Shown here: positions 21,452 to 32,032 of the stretch, in pieces
Numbering within the stretch: position 1 is the stretch's first letter
Layout: each line of letters starts with the position of its first letter
From: Candidatus Poribacteria bacterium
GTDB lineage: Bacteria > Poribacteria > WGA-4E > PCPOR2b
Length of the DNA: 64,000 nt
Direction of reading: 5' to 3'
Assembly: GCA_965208325.1 (NCBI GenBank)
Contig: OZ242326.1
Span: forward strand, 1,440,001 to 1,504,000
Position numbers and translations under genes: made by a program
Notes under the pieces: model-generated
The model's database searches: none
Seen by the model: the letters and a program-made list of their open reading frames with translations, nothing else
What the model was told of the DNA's origin: nothing

Positions 21452-21934
21452 TCAGTTGTCCGCCAAATCCTCAATCCGCCGATACAGGTTCGCCATCTCG
21501 ATTGCCGCAGCAGCCGCTTCCGCGCCTTTGTTCCCCATTTTGGTCCCGGTACGCTCAATGGCTTGCTCAACCGTATCGGTGGTAATCACACCGTAAATCA
21601 CCGGAACACCCGTGTTGGATGAAACGTGCGAAATGCCTTTAGCGCTCTCGCTTGCGACAAAATCGAAGTGCGGCGTCGCGCCCCGGATTACGGCGCCGAT
21701 GCAAATAACTGCGTCATATCGATTACTTTCTGCGAGCCGTTTTGCCGTTGCGGGAATCTCAAACGCACCCGGCGTCCAAAATATATCTACATCATCGAGA
21801 CTGACCCCGTGGCGTTTCAGAGCGTCCAGCGCCCCATCTAACAATTTGGTGGTAATAAAGCCGTTAAATCGACTGACGGTAATGCCGACCTTCAATTTGC
21901 TTCCAATCAGATTGCCTTCATAAATGTTCGGCAT
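21452..21934 (-). CDS. ribH: 6,7-dimethyl-8-ribityllumazine synthase
   Basis: [27 protein letters not shown]. Confidence 0.97.
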   Translation of the reverse strand: MPNIYEGNLIGSKLKVGITVSRFNGFITTKLLDGALDALKRHGVSLDDVDIFWTPGAFEIPATAKRLAESNRYDAVICIGAVIRGATPHFDFVASESAKGISHVSSNTGVPVIYGVITTDTVEQAIERTGTKMGNKGAEAAAAAIEMANLYRRIEDLADN

Positions 21935-21936
21935 CG

Positions 21937-23184
21937 TTAATCACGGCGCACATCTTTATCTTGCGCACCCTCCTCTTCATCAATTGTGTGCAGCAGCAAA
22001 TGTCCTAACTTCGTTCTTTTGGCTTCGAGGTAGCAGCGGTTGAATTTCTGGGGTGGGGTCTGCAGCGGGACGCGCTCGACGATTTTAAGGTTATGCCCGG
22101 CCAGTCCGCTGACCTTGCGCGGATTGTTTGTTAAGAGACGCATCTCAGTTACACCCAGATCTGCCAAAATTTGCGCACCGACGCCGTAATCGCGCAAATC
22201 CGCAGGGAAACCGAGTCGATTGTTCGCTTCCACAGTATCCAGCCCTTCCCTGTCTTGCAAATTGTAAGCGCGAATTTTGTTGCTGAGCCCCATGCCGCGG
22301 CCTTCTTGGCGCATGTACACCAAGACCCCCCGTTCTTCTGCTTGGATGAGTTCCATGGCTTTATCCAACTGTTCCCCGCAATCGCAACGCAGCGATCCAA
22401 ATACATCTCCGGTGAGACACTGTGAATGGACGCGCACCAACACCGGTGTTTTATCTGAGACATCACCTTTGACGAGTGCGATATGGGTCTTCAGGTCGTC
22501 CAGGCTTTCATAGGAATAAAGTTTGAAATGCCCATGCTGCGTTTGTACATCCGCCTCGGCGACGCGTTTGATAAGCGTTTCCGTCTGCCGCCGGTACGCG
22601 ATGAGATCGGCGATGGTAATTATCTTCAATCCATGCTTCGGGGCAAGTTTCAAGAGTTCAGGCATTCTTGCCATCGTGCCGTCTTCATTTAAGATTTCAC
22701 AGAGTACCCCCGCAGGATAAAGCCCCGCGAGCAGCGCAAGGTCAACGGTCGCCTCGGTATGCCCGGCTCGCCGCAGCACGCCGCCATCCATCGCTTGCAG
22801 CGGGAAGATATGCCCCGGCCGCACAAAATCTTCCGGTGTTGTCTGGGATTCGACAAATTTTCGGATTGTGTGCGCGCGTTCATAGGCAGATACGCCCGTG
22901 CTCACGTCTTTTGCGTCGATGGTTACGGTAAACGCAGTATGCAGCCGGGCGGTATTTTCGGATACCATTAAGGGGAGATTCAGCTCTGCCAAACGAGCCG
23001 CGGTAGCTGGGAGGCAAATCAAGCCGCGTCCGTACTTCGTCATAAAATTTATCGCATCCGGCGTGACCTTTTCAGCCGCCATTATCAAATCGCCTTCGTT
23101 TTCCCGATCCGGATCGTCGGTGACGATAATCATTTCACCATTACGAATGGCTTTAACGGCTTCCGGAATTGTGTTAAACGTCAT
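21937..23184 (-). CDS. ribBA: DHBP synthase / GTP cyclohydrolase II
   Basis: [44 protein letters not shown]. Confidence 0.97.
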   Translation of the reverse strand: MTFNTIPEAVKAIRNGEMIIVTDDPDRENEGDLIMAAEKVTPDAINFMTKYGRGLICLPATAARLAELNLPLMVSENTARLHTAFTVTIDAKDVSTGVSAYERAHTIRKFVESQTTPEDFVRPGHIFPLQAMDGGVLRRAGHTEATVDLALLAGLYPAGVLCEILNEDGTMARMPELLKLAPKHGLKIITIADLIAYRRQTETLIKRVAEADVQTQHGHFKLYSYESLDDLKTHIALVKGDVSDKTPVLVRVHSQCLTGDVFGSLRCDCGEQLDKAMELIQAEERGVLVYMRQEGRGMGLSNKIRAYNLQDREGLDTVEANNRLGFPADLRDYGVGAQILADLGVTEMRLLTNNPRKVSGLAGHNLKIVERVPLQTPPQKFNRCYLEAKRTKLGHLLLHTIDEEEGAQDKDVRRD

Positions 23185-23295
23185 AAAAATTCCCCAAGAA
23201 CTCTGTCTTATCCTACTTTGGCCGGGGAGTTTTCCCGACAGAGAAAAACTGCGCTCCTCATTTGGCTAATAATGAATGTGCTGAATTTACGCGTG

Positions 23296-23937
23296 CTAAC
23301 TAACGTAGCCGTGTTCCCGCAAAAACGCCAAATCAATAGTCCGGGACTCCCCAAGGCCGGAAACTATAAGCCGTTCGACATAACGCCCTAACAAATCAAC
23401 CTCAACATTTACACGCGCACCGACTCTTAACTTTCCGAGCGTTGTTACTAGTTTGGTGTGTGGAATAAGCGCCACTTCAAAACTATCATCGGACAATTCC
23501 GCGACGGTTAGGCTGACACCGTCTACACAGACAGAGCCTTTATATACGATATACCGCATAGCCGTAGGAGAAACCGTGACGCTCATCATGGACGCTTCGT
23601 CCCTCCAGCCGCTCACAGTACCCACTTCGTCCACATGCCCTAATACAAGGTGCCCGCCCAGCCGATCGCTCAAGCGCAACGGCAGTTCAAGGTTAACTGC
23701 GTCTCCAGGTCTAAGTTCGCCGAGAGTAGTTTTGCGAGACGTTTCCGCGGAGATGTCCGCTGTAAAACTGTCTTCAGTGACACGAGCCATAGTCAAGCAG
23801 ACACCGTTCACAGCGATACTGTCGCCGACATTGCTCTCCGCTGCTGCTTGCGTCGTTTCGATTGTAAGCGCGGCAATTTGACCGCCGCGCTGAACCTGTT
23901 TGATAATCCCGACAGTTTCAACGATGCCTGTGAACAT
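23296..23937 (-). CDS. ribE: Riboflavin synthase
   Basis: MFTGIV, GDSIAVNGVCLT, GGHLVLGHVD, KGSVCVDGVSLT. Confidence 0.97.
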   Translation of the reverse strand: MFTGIVETVGIIKQVQRGGQIAALTIETTQAAAESNVGDSIAVNGVCLTMARVTEDSFTADISAETSRKTTLGELRPGDAVNLELPLRLSDRLGGHLVLGHVDEVGTVSGWRDEASMMSVTVSPTAMRYIVYKGSVCVDGVSLTVAELSDDSFEVALIPHTKLVTTLGKLRVGARVNVEVDLLGRYVERLIVSGLGESRTIDLAFLREHGYVS

Positions 23938-23977
23938 TATCTTCTGTAATTCTGTAATGTGAAGACTCCGAGTGCGC

Positions 23978-25105
23978 TCACAAGTTAGGATTCAAATAAC
24001 CTTCTATGAGGAGGTCCCCATCAATGGGCGTAACTGTTAAATCACGAATCGTGTAAGCCTCTGACAGGTATTGAATCCCGACTCCCCCGATTGGCCCAGC
24101 CGCCGCCTCGCCGCCAATTAACTTTGGTGCGAAAAAGAACACGACCTTGTCTACAATTCCCGCCTTTAATGCAGAGGAGTTGACTTCCGCACCGCCTTCA
24201 ACAAGCACACTGGTGATGCTTCGGTGTCCAAGTTCACACATCAACGTTCCCATGCAAACACGGCCATCTTTCTCTTTAACGGTCAAAATTTCTGCGCCGG
24301 CCGCCTTCAGGTTCGCGAGGTCTCCCAAATTAGCACGTTCTGTCACAGCGATGATTGTACCCACACTATGGTCGGGGCTGAAGATTTTCGCCGTTGGGGG
24401 TGTGCGTCCGTGCGAATCCATCACAATGCGAATTGGATTTTTGCCGCGCCCGTGCGGCAATCGCGTCGACAACGATGGGTTGTCGTTCAAAATTGTTTCA
24501 ACCCCAACTAAAATCGCATCAACCTGATTACGAATCTCATGCCCTTTCGTCCTGGACGCTTGCGACGTAATCCATTGGGATTCGCCCGAAGCAGTGGCGA
24601 TTTTACCGTCAAGACTGCACGCGGCTTTGAGGATAACGAACGGCTGCTTGGTCTCCGTATATTTGAGATACACTTCATTGAGGCGCCGCGCTTCCCGCTC
24701 AAATAAGCCGACTTTCACGCGAATTCCAGCATCTCTCAACTCCCGCAGGCCATTGCCGTTGACGTAGGGATTCGGATCTTCGAGTGCAACAAAAGCGTTG
24801 GCGATTCCTGCCCTAACAATTGACTTCGTGCACGGCTGTGTACGTCCCCAGTGGCAGCACGGTTCCAGTGTGACATATAAGGCCGCCCCCCGAGCGAGGT
24901 CACCGGCTTGATTCAATGCATGAACCTCCGCATGCGCTTCCCCAGCCTTCTGATGGTATCCCTCGCCGACAATGGTGTTGTCCCGCACGATGACCGCACC
25001 CACTAAAGGATTGGGGCTGGTGCGGCCGCGGGATTTTTCGGCGAGTTCGAGCGCATAACGCATGAAGCCTTTATCTGTCGATGACCACTGGGATGACCGG
25101 GACAA
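23978..25105 (-). CDS. ribD: Riboflavin deaminase/reductase
   Basis: PNPLVGAV, HAEVHA, TLEPCCH...PC, SLDGKIA, VEGG. The start is TTG 25105 behind AGGAG; the ORF-track extension runs through the riboswitch. Confidence 0.95.
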   Translation of the reverse strand: MSRSSQWSSTDKGFMRYALELAEKSRGRTSPNPLVGAVIVRDNTIVGEGYHQKAGEAHAEVHALNQAGDLARGAALYVTLEPCCHWGRTQPCTKSIVRAGIANAFVALEDPNPYVNGNGLRELRDAGIRVKVGLFEREARRLNEVYLKYTETKQPFVILKAACSLDGKIATASGESQWITSQASRTKGHEIRNQVDAILVGVETILNDNPSLSTRLPHGRGKNPIRIVMDSHGRTPPTAKIFSPDHSVGTIIAVTERANLGDLANLKAAGAEILTVKEKDGRVCMGTLMCELGHRSITSVLVEGGAEVNSSALKAGIVDKVVFFFAPKLIGGEAAAGPIGGVGIQYLSEAYTIRDLTVTPIDGDLLIEGYLNPNL

Positions 25106-25121
25106 ATACCGCTCCTGATAC

Positions 25122-25150
25122 AAAAAAAGCCCAAAGATCAGTCTTTGGGC
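25122..25150 (-). terminator. Intrinsic terminator of the FMN riboswitch expression platform
   Basis: Minus strand GCCCAAAGA-ctga-TCTTTGGGC-TTTTTTT. Confidence 0.9.
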
Positions 25151-25165
25151 GGAAGAATCGCGACC

Positions 25166-25290
25166 GTGCCTTCTCCCTTCCGGACTATTACCGTCGGCTC
25201 TGGAATCACACCAGATCTGTCCTCGACATTTATCGTGGACTCGCGGACTATACCGCCGATGGGGAATTCCACCCACCCCCGAAGACGCTC
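25166..25290 (-). ncRNA. FMN riboswitch (RFN element)
   Basis: Minus strand TCTTCGGGG..GGGTGGAATTCCC..CGGCGGTATAGTCCGCGA...GATCTGGTGTGATTCCAGAGCCGACGGTAATAGTCCGGAAGGGAGAAGG, directly upstream of ribD. Confidence 0.95.
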
Positions 25291-25613
25291 TGATTCTCTT
25301 AGAGGGTGCGCGTAGGCACATCAAAAGCCCGCCTTCGCAATCACCCCCTCAGTGAATATACGAGTTCGAAGAATATTATATCATAGCTTGTATGACAAAT
25401 CAAAAAAGTTTATCAAACCGGTATGCAAAACGCGTCTCACCCCTCTTTTTCGCTTGATTATTTTCGAGAGTTCACTTATCATCTGTTGGGATATGAGACG
25501 TAGCGTCATGGATATGCTCTGAGACTGCATCGGTGTAATGATTATGAATTACGCGATGGGACCTCAGGTGAAATAATCTTACGGAAAGCGCATAAAGGAG
25601 TCCATAAGCAAAA

Positions 25614-25823
25614 ATGACATCAGCCCTTGAAGACGAGCTTGTTGAGGCATACGAGCGGGAAGTGGAAAGATTAGTCTCCAAGCAACGCAAATACCGCGAT
25701 GTGCTCGGCGGCGCGGACATCGCCGCAGTGGTTCGTGCGTTTCGTTTCACTTTTGAGCACGGCAATGAAAAAGTGACAGCTCAGATGCTCTACGATATGA
25801 TTGACGACGATAACGGAGAATAG
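25614..25823 (+). CDS. Small acidic helical hypothetical protein coupled to the Rad50-like gene
   Basis: 69-aa ORF with AAAGGAG upstream. Its stop is 3 nt before the next ATG. Confidence 0.65.
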   Translation: MTSALEDELVEAYEREVERLVSKQRKYRDVLGGADIAAVVRAFRFTFEHGNEKVTAQMLYDMIDDDNGE

Positions 25824-25826
25824 CGC

Positions 25827-27710
25827 ATGCTGCTAGAACGAATCATGCTCAAATCCTTTGGGTGTTATGACCGAAAACATTTCGATTTGAGCGAAGGCAT
25901 AAACCTGATTTTCGGCCCCAATTTCAGCGGCAAGAGCACACTCGTTAGTGCAATCTTCTTCGCACTGACTGGCAAACCTATTATCCCGCGCGTTAATCCG
26001 TCGTCAATGGCACGGTCCGGCGCGGCAAGCGGCACGACGGGGCTGGGGTTCTGCAATCAAGAGGGACGTTATCGACTCTTTCGGTCAACGAACGGAGATG
26101 TTCAAATCCGCCGTCTAGAGAACGGCGAGTGGCGCATCCAAATAACCGGGAAACGCACCGCGGACACGGAACTTCAGCAGATTGTTCATCTGAACCACCA
26201 CCATCTTTCTGCGGCATCATTCCTGAGAGAGGGCGAAATCTTTGAATTCCTGACCCGGATGCCGGCGAGTCGGCGGGATATCTTGTATGCGCTGCTTGGC
26301 ATCGATCGGCTCATAGAGGTTCGCGAACGGTTTATTGACGGGCGCCGCCTATCCAAGCGCGGGGAAAAGCGGGTTCAAGAGCATCAGCGCAGCCTGCGGG
26401 TAACATCTGTCAAGGGGCATGGAGAAGAAATTAAGCGGCTTGAAGAAGAGCTGAAAGCCCTGGAAGCGCAATATGAAAACCTAACAAGCAAGGGTGTCGA
26501 AGACAGCGACGCGCTGTTAATCGTTGAACTGAATCAGACCCGCGACCGGCTCGAGCAGCAGATAGATACCTTGGGTAAAGAACGCGCCTCAATTCTCAGC
26601 GGCTTTACCAACCCGGCGCATCTTCACGACTCAATCAAGGCGATTGAAACAGCAATTTCAGAAGCGCGCGGATTGGAGGCGGAACGGGAGAGTGTCATTC
26701 AGGAGGTCGGCGTCCTGACCAGCCAGATTCGGACGCTGAACGGGGAATGTGAAACCTTGCACCAGTTCATCAATAACCAGCGCGGACATTGTCCGACCTG
26801 CCATCAGCCGATACAGCGTGATACGATTTTGCACATCATCGAAGAAAAGTCGTCCACACAAGAAAAATATCAGCGTGAACTTGACGCAAAACAGGCGATT
26901 CTCAATAAACACACCGATGATGTCAGCACATTGCGCGAACTTGACCAGCGGCGCCAACTCTTGTTGAACAAAGTCGAGATGCTTGCGCGTGTCGAAACCC
27001 AGTTGGGGGAGTTGCAGCGTGAAATTAAGACCGTGGTAGATCGGCTGAACGTTCTACAACCCTCCGCACCGCCGCATCGAGATACTACCGTTGAATCACA
27101 GCCGGATGCGGCGCAGACGGCTGAAAACCGGCGCCGTATGAAATCAAAAATTGATACATTGCGGGCGCGCCTTAGCTCACTCAACGCGGAAGAGGCGGTG
27201 TTAGCGCATAAACTCCAAGAACTTCAACGCGTTCAAACTGAAGCCGAAAAGATGCTACGGACACGTCTTAGGTTTGAACTTGCTTGCGCTGGCGTGGATA
27301 AAACTATTGAAACACTTCAGCAACAGATTCTGCAACCCGCCGAGGAAGAACTTCAGCGTTGGTTAAAACGAATGAACCTTTTCGATCGTGTCAGCATTGA
27401 CCTCAAAAGCCAACACCTGCTCCCGTCTCTAAATATCGACGGTGCGGAACGCAACCTGATGCTGCTCAGCGGCAGCGAAAAGATGATTCTTTATCTCTGC
27501 TTCAAAGCCGCGCTGTCAACTGCGTTGGGGAATAACGGCTTTTTTGTCTTCGACGATCCAACCCTGCATTTGGACGTAGAACGCAAGCACTTGATGATCT
27601 CGTTTATTCAACAACTTGCCGCCAATCACCAGGTCATCGTAACCAGCAACGACACCGATGTGAGACATGCACTGACTGATTCACACATAATTGAAACAAC
27701 CGGTGAATAA
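25827..27710 (+). CDS. Rad50/SbcC-like SMC-family ATPase with zinc hook
   Basis: Walker A GPNFSGKS, coiled coils around CPTC, signature LSGSE, Walker B/D-loop FVFDDPTLHLD. Confidence 0.88.
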   Translation: MLLERIMLKSFGCYDRKHFDLSEGINLIFGPNFSGKSTLVSAIFFALTGKPIIPRVNPSSMARSGAASGTTGLGFCNQEGRYRLFRSTNGDVQIRRLENGEWRIQITGKRTADTELQQIVHLNHHHLSAASFLREGEIFEFLTRMPASRRDILYALLGIDRLIEVRERFIDGRRLSKRGEKRVQEHQRSLRVTSVKGHGEEIKRLEEELKALEAQYENLTSKGVEDSDALLIVELNQTRDRLEQQIDTLGKERASILSGFTNPAHLHDSIKAIETAISEARGLEAERESVIQEVGVLTSQIRTLNGECETLHQFINNQRGHCPTCHQPIQRDTILHIIEEKSSTQEKYQRELDAKQAILNKHTDDVSTLRELDQRRQLLLNKVEMLARVETQLGELQREIKTVVDRLNVLQPSAPPHRDTTVESQPDAAQTAENRRRMKSKIDTLRARLSSLNAEEAVLAHKLQELQRVQTEAEKMLRTRLRFELACAGVDKTIETLQQQILQPAEEELQRWLKRMNLFDRVSIDLKSQHLLPSLNIDGAERNLMLLSGSEKMILYLCFKAALSTALGNNGFFVFDDPTLHLDVERKHLMISFIQQLAANHQVIVTSNDTDVRHALTDSHIIETTGE

Positions 27711-27773
27711 CGCCCATGCAGATGTCCTGCCATACAGCTGCCATCCGCCGTATCGCGGGATAGTCACCCAAAA

Positions 27774-27802
27774 GTAGAAGGCATACGCAGTGTGCCTGCT
27801 AC
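27774..27802. repeat. GTAG-type REP-like palindrome between convergent genes
   Basis: gtagaaggcatac-gca-gtgtgcctgctac. Confidence 0.55.
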
Positions 27803-27834
27803 TTTGCCGTGAGCTTAAATTGTTTTAGTCCTTT

Positions 27835-29430
27835 CTATTTCACAATCACCATCCGACGCATCGCGGAATAATCACCCGCCCGGAGTTGATAGAAATAGGT
27901 GCCGCTTGCCACCGCTTCGCCGCGTTCGTTGTGTCCATCCCAATACACCGCACTGCCTTTTTCAGTATAGAACCCTGCCGACTGAAGCCCCAAATCGAAA
28001 TGACGCACCAACACGCCGCTGGCGTTATAAATGGAAAGCGCGGCATTCGAGTCACGGTCAAGGTGATACGGAATCCATGTCTCCGGGTTGAAAGGATTCG
28101 GGTAATTGGGGAGAAGCTGCGTTTTTGCCGGGACACCGGCGTTGGTTGCCAGCCAATTGCGCAGCAAGTCCGCACCGATGCGAACTTCCGGCATCGTGTC
28201 AGACATACGCTCTAACTCCCTTAAAGCCGACCGCAATCGGCTGAGAGTCTCGGAGCCCATCGGCGTAGTACGGCTATGGGTGCCCTCCTGCTGAATGTTT
28301 TCGCGTGCCGTGGCGTAATCAAACCTCACGCTCGCGGTGTAGACAGATGGCGCCGCCGAGACAATACCTGATTGGCCGAATAGACGCGCCACACGAACAA
28401 GGTCAAAAATATCGACTTCACCATTCCCGTCAATATCTGCCGCAAGCCCTTCACCAGTTTGCCCAAAACTACCGCCGACTTTTACGAGATCGAAGATATC
28501 GATTTGCTCATCTCGGTTGATGTCTTCAGGACGGAATTCGACGTATGAAAACACTATCGTTTGCGATTGGCCATCCGGGTTGGTGAGGACAATTTCGACA
28601 TCCCCAACCATACTTGCGGGGATTGTAAAGGTGATTTCAGTAGGCGAGATAAATTTTACGTCCAGTATCTGCATGCCGCCGACGGAAACGCTTGATCCTT
28701 CCTGAAAATTCTCTCCGAGCAATTGGACTATTGTACCTTCGGTTATTATCCCGCTGTCTGATGTGACACTGTCAAGGATCGGCGCCGGAGCTCTCGGTTC
28801 AATCTGAACATCAATTGTATCCGACTGCTCGTCCGGATTAGAAATGACAATTTCGGCAGCCCCAACCGCTTCATTCGGGATTGTGATGCTGAGTTCGGTG
28901 GCCGAGATGTACGTTACGTCCAAAATTTCAATGCCGTCTACAGTAACGCTTGCACCTTCTTGAAAATTCTCTCCGATTAATTGAACGACATCGCCGCCGA
29001 AGATTATGCCGCGATCCGACACTACGCTGTTTAGGATTGGCGCGGGAACTCTCGACTCAAGCTGAATATCGAAAGTTGTCGCAGGAAAATCGACGTCATC
29101 CAGTATGTGCGTTACCTCGGCGAGAACTTCCCCATCTTGTTCGACGGTGATTTTTATCTCATCGCCGACTTCCGGTACTGGCGGAGTTAGAATGAAATAG
29201 AAAACGGCATAAATTCCTGCACCGCTTGCTTCCCCAGTGCGCGCGGGTCGCGATGATTCACGCGGGCTGGTTGTATTCTCCACCGTAACATCAAGCCCAT
29301 CTATCGGATTGCCGTTTGCATCTGTTACCGTACCCTTTATCAAAATCGAATCAGTCGCGTAGCTATTCATCGGTACAGCCGTGCATAGCAGAAAAATTAT
29401 CCCCAAACAACAAATTGCGGTGCGTTTCAT
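27835..29430 (-). CDS. Secreted protein: two IPT/TIG repeats, a dockerin-like EF-hand pair and a C-terminal T9SS-A/FlgD-like sorting domain
   Basis: Signal peptide. Duplicated 'PAPIL.SV.SD.GII..G..VQL.GENFQEG.SV.V'. DINRDEQIDIFDL / DIDGNGEVDIFDL. LLPNYPNPFNPETWIPY...WDGHN..GE.VASGTYFY. Confidence 0.85.
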   Translation of the reverse strand: MKRTAICCLGIIFLLCTAVPMNSYATDSILIKGTVTDANGNPIDGLDVTVENTTSPRESSRPARTGEASGAGIYAVFYFILTPPVPEVGDEIKITVEQDGEVLAEVTHILDDVDFPATTFDIQLESRVPAPILNSVVSDRGIIFGGDVVQLIGENFQEGASVTVDGIEILDVTYISATELSITIPNEAVGAAEIVISNPDEQSDTIDVQIEPRAPAPILDSVTSDSGIITEGTIVQLLGENFQEGSSVSVGGMQILDVKFISPTEITFTIPASMVGDVEIVLTNPDGQSQTIVFSYVEFRPEDINRDEQIDIFDLVKVGGSFGQTGEGLAADIDGNGEVDIFDLVRVARLFGQSGIVSAAPSVYTASVRFDYATARENIQQEGTHSRTTPMGSETLSRLRSALRELERMSDTMPEVRIGADLLRNWLATNAGVPAKTQLLPNYPNPFNPETWIPYHLDRDSNAALSIYNASGVLVRHFDLGLQSAGFYTEKGSAVYWDGHNERGEAVASGTYFYQLRAGDYSAMRRMVIVK

Positions 29431-29628
29431 GATATACTCCTTATTACCTCAATATTTTCTCAAACTCTAAATCTGCATCCATTGCTAGTCGTCAATACCC
29501 TTACCTTCAAATTACGTCTACAAAATGGGGTGCGTTTCACGATATTCTCCTGCATCTTTGGATTGATGCACCAGTCGTTATACTGACATTCCCAACGCTG
29601 CGCTTTTGCTTAGCCGAACGTGACTCTC

Positions 29629-29664
29629 GAAACCGAGTTTTTTTCTTGAAAAATCGGTTTCTAC
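29629..29664 (-). repeat. GTAG-led palindrome (REP-like or terminator)
   Basis: Minus strand GTAGAAACCGATTTTTCAAGAAAAAAACTCGGTTTC. Confidence 0.5.
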
Positions 29665-29674
29665 AACGGATTAA

Positions 29675-30721
29675 CTAGCTAACCTGCACGCCCAAAGATG
29701 CGGCGACGCCAACAATTGACTCCCAGACATCGTCGGCGATTGGAATTCCATCGCGTTTACGTGCGGCGCGGGTGCGAGATTCCGGGTCGCCCGGCATGAG
29801 CACCGCTTCAAATCCGGGCGCCGGCGCAATACCCCTAATGCGATCTCCCATCTCATTCACTTGGTTTGTAAACGCAGCGAACGGGCGGAACAAATCGGCC
29901 TTGAGTACAATCATCGTCACACCTTGGTGCCCCATTATAGCGCCGCCCCGGCCCGCATCCGTGAACGTATCGCTGCCCGTAAAGATTCGTCCCAGAAACT
30001 CCACCGCCATCATCAGCGCATAGCCCTTGTGTCCGCCAAACGGCAAATAAGCACCACCATCAAAATAGTCGTTTGGATCCGTGCTGGGAACACCGTCTTT
30101 GTCAACGAGACACCCGGCCGGCAGTTGAACACCCCTACGCCGCGCATCAAGGACTTTAACCCCCGACACGGCAGTCGTGGCGAAGTCGAACATCATCGGC
30201 GGCGCTTCGCCGCCAGGGAAACCCATTGCCAACGGGTTCGTATGCAGCGCCCGCTCTCGTCCGCCGTACGGGGCAGTTGCGGGCACTTCCACGCCAAACC
30301 CTCCAGCCCAGAGCATCGAAATCATACCTTCAGACGCTGCCATCTCCACATAGTGCCCGAGGCGCCCGATGTGGCAGGCTTGAACAAGGCCGACGACCGT
30401 GACATGATGTTCCTTCGCTTTTTCGATTGCGGTCTCCATCGCATACTTAGCCGTGACATGACCGAAAGCCCAGTTGCCTTTAACCAAGGCGCTTGCGGCG
30501 GTTTCGTTTAGGATTTCAGGACGCGCAGTCCCGACAATTTCGCCGGCTTGCATGCCTTTTACATAGTGCGGCAAATGCCAGACGCCGTGTGTGTCGACCC
30601 CGCTGAGGTTTGCCGACACAAGGTGTTCTGCAACAATGTCAGCGTTGTGTTCATCCGCACCGCCCTTCAGTAGAATCTCTCTGGCAAGCGCCTGAAGTGT
30701 GTCCGCAGTCTTGACTATCAT
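29675..30721 (-). CDS. Ldh_2 family oxidoreductase (malate/L-lactate/ureidoglycolate dehydrogenase-like)
   Basis: GVDTHG, HIGRLG, TNPL, DFATT, GGHKGYAL, PGDPE. Confidence 0.92.
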   Translation of the reverse strand: MIVKTADTLQALAREILLKGGADEHNADIVAEHLVSANLSGVDTHGVWHLPHYVKGMQAGEIVGTARPEILNETAASALVKGNWAFGHVTAKYAMETAIEKAKEHHVTVVGLVQACHIGRLGHYVEMAASEGMISMLWAGGFGVEVPATAPYGGRERALHTNPLAMGFPGGEAPPMMFDFATTAVSGVKVLDARRRGVQLPAGCLVDKDGVPSTDPNDYFDGGAYLPFGGHKGYALMMAVEFLGRIFTGSDTFTDAGRGGAIMGHQGVTMIVLKADLFRPFAAFTNQVNEMGDRIRGIAPAPGFEAVLMPGDPESRTRAARKRDGIPIADDVWESIVGVAASLGVQVS

Positions 30722-31038
30722 TCATCCTTCCTAACAAGTTCGTTTTAGATGTTCACGCGCTGTCCAGACGTTAGCGCCGCGTCGAACGCCCCGAATTCAG
30801 ATTGAAACCGGTCTGCCAATTTGGTAAAATAGAAATAACGCTGCTCCCAGAAATTGTAAAAACCGTTGCGTTATTCTTGCACGAAAGGCGAATAAAGTCA
30901 AGAAGATAAAGTACGGGCTATTCTGATGAGGAGATGTTTCGAACGCTTCTGCACGTCGTTGACAACAACGGCTTTCGCCGGCAATTCGCATTGTGCTTCC
31001 GTATACCCTAACACTGTTTAGGATTTACGCAGGAATTT

Positions 31039-31104
31039 GGGCGGGCACAAGACCTGACCTTACATCGCGTTCATTTCCAGTAGGGGCAACCCTTGTAGTT
31101 GCCC
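31039..31104. repeat. Back-to-back pair of GTAG-family REP-like palindromes
   Basis: 31039-31063 on the minus strand reads GTAAGGTCAGGTCTTGTGCCCGCCC. 31080-31104 reads GTAGGGGCAACCCTTGTAGTTGCCC, a 24/25 match to 52057-52081. Confidence 0.7.
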
Positions 31105-31135
31105 CCACCATTATTGTGTAATTGGGAAGGGAAAA

Positions 31136-32032
31136 ATGGAGAAACGGACTTTAGGAAAAACTGGCCTTGAGGTGAGCCGCCTGGGCTTAGGGCTTGCCTG
31201 GATAGGATTTGAGCTGACACTGAATGAGACGCGGCAAGCCGGTGAGGTAATAAATACGGCGCTTGACGCGGGTGTGAATTTGCTCGACACCGCCGCCTGT
31301 TACGGAATCAGCGAAGAGTTAATCGGCCGCACGGTTGCGCACCGCCGCCATGAATTTTACCTAGCTACCAAATGCGGGCACGGCGGGACAGGTGCTGACT
31401 GGTCTGCAGAAACTGTCAATGAGAACATCGACCGCAGCTTGAAGCGGATGCGGACTGATTACTTGGATATCGTGCAACTGCACTCCTGCGGCGTGCACAT
31501 CCTAGAGGAGAGCGACGCCGTGCAGGCGCTATTGGATGCGAAGAAGGCGGGCAAAACGCGATTTATCGGTCACAGCGGGGATAACGAGTCCGCCCGATGG
31601 GTCATCGAGAGCGGGTTGTTCGATACGCTCCAGACCAGTTTCAACCTCATCGACCAACGCGCCCGCACACGCCTGTTTCCCGCTGCAGAAGCTAACGATA
31701 TTGGCATCATCATCAAACGCCCAATCGCCAACGCCGTGTGGCGGGCAGCCAAGAGTCCCAGCGACTATTATGACGGTTACTTTGAACGTGCGAAAATCGT
31801 GGATGCCATGGGCCCCATTCCCGGCGCCCCGGAGAACCGAATCCTGCTCCCTATGAGTTTCACGTTCGCCCACGATGCGGTGGACACGGCAATTGTCGGC
31901 ACCAAAAATCCTGAAAATATGCGCCAAAACATCGAGTTGTACAATAGCGGCCTATCAATCCCACCAGAAGCCGTTGCCGAACTGTACCGCCGCTTCGACC
32001 AGGTTGGGAGCGATTGGCACCAACTCAGTTGA
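31136..32032 (+). CDS. Aldo/keto reductase
   Basis: LGKTGLEVS, DTAACYG.SEE, ATKCG, SLKRMRTDYLDIVQLH. Confidence 0.93.
   Translation: MEKRTLGKTGLEVSRLGLGLAWIGFELTLNETRQAGEVINTALDAGVNLLDTAACYGISEELIGRTVAHRRHEFYLATKCGHGGTGADWSAETVNENIDRSLKRMRTDYLDIVQLHSCGVHILEESDAVQALLDAKKAGKTRFIGHSGDNESARWVIESGLFDTLQTSFNLIDQRARTRLFPAAEANDIGIIIKRPIANAVWRAAKSPSDYYDGYFERAKIVDAMGPIPGAPENRILLPMSFTFAHDAVDTAIVGTKNPENMRQNIELYNSGLSIPPEAVAELYRRFDQVGSDWHQLS

Noticed and set aside
25166..25290. FMN riboswitch as an altered-ligand variant (GGAAG instead of GGATG)
   Set aside because: It controls the riboflavin operon itself and the other core motifs are intact, so ordinary variation is the simpler reading.
25106..25324. 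N-terminal extension of ribD in the ORF track
   Set aside because: It runs through the FMN riboswitch and its terminator. A TTG with an AGGAG RBS at 25105 fits better.
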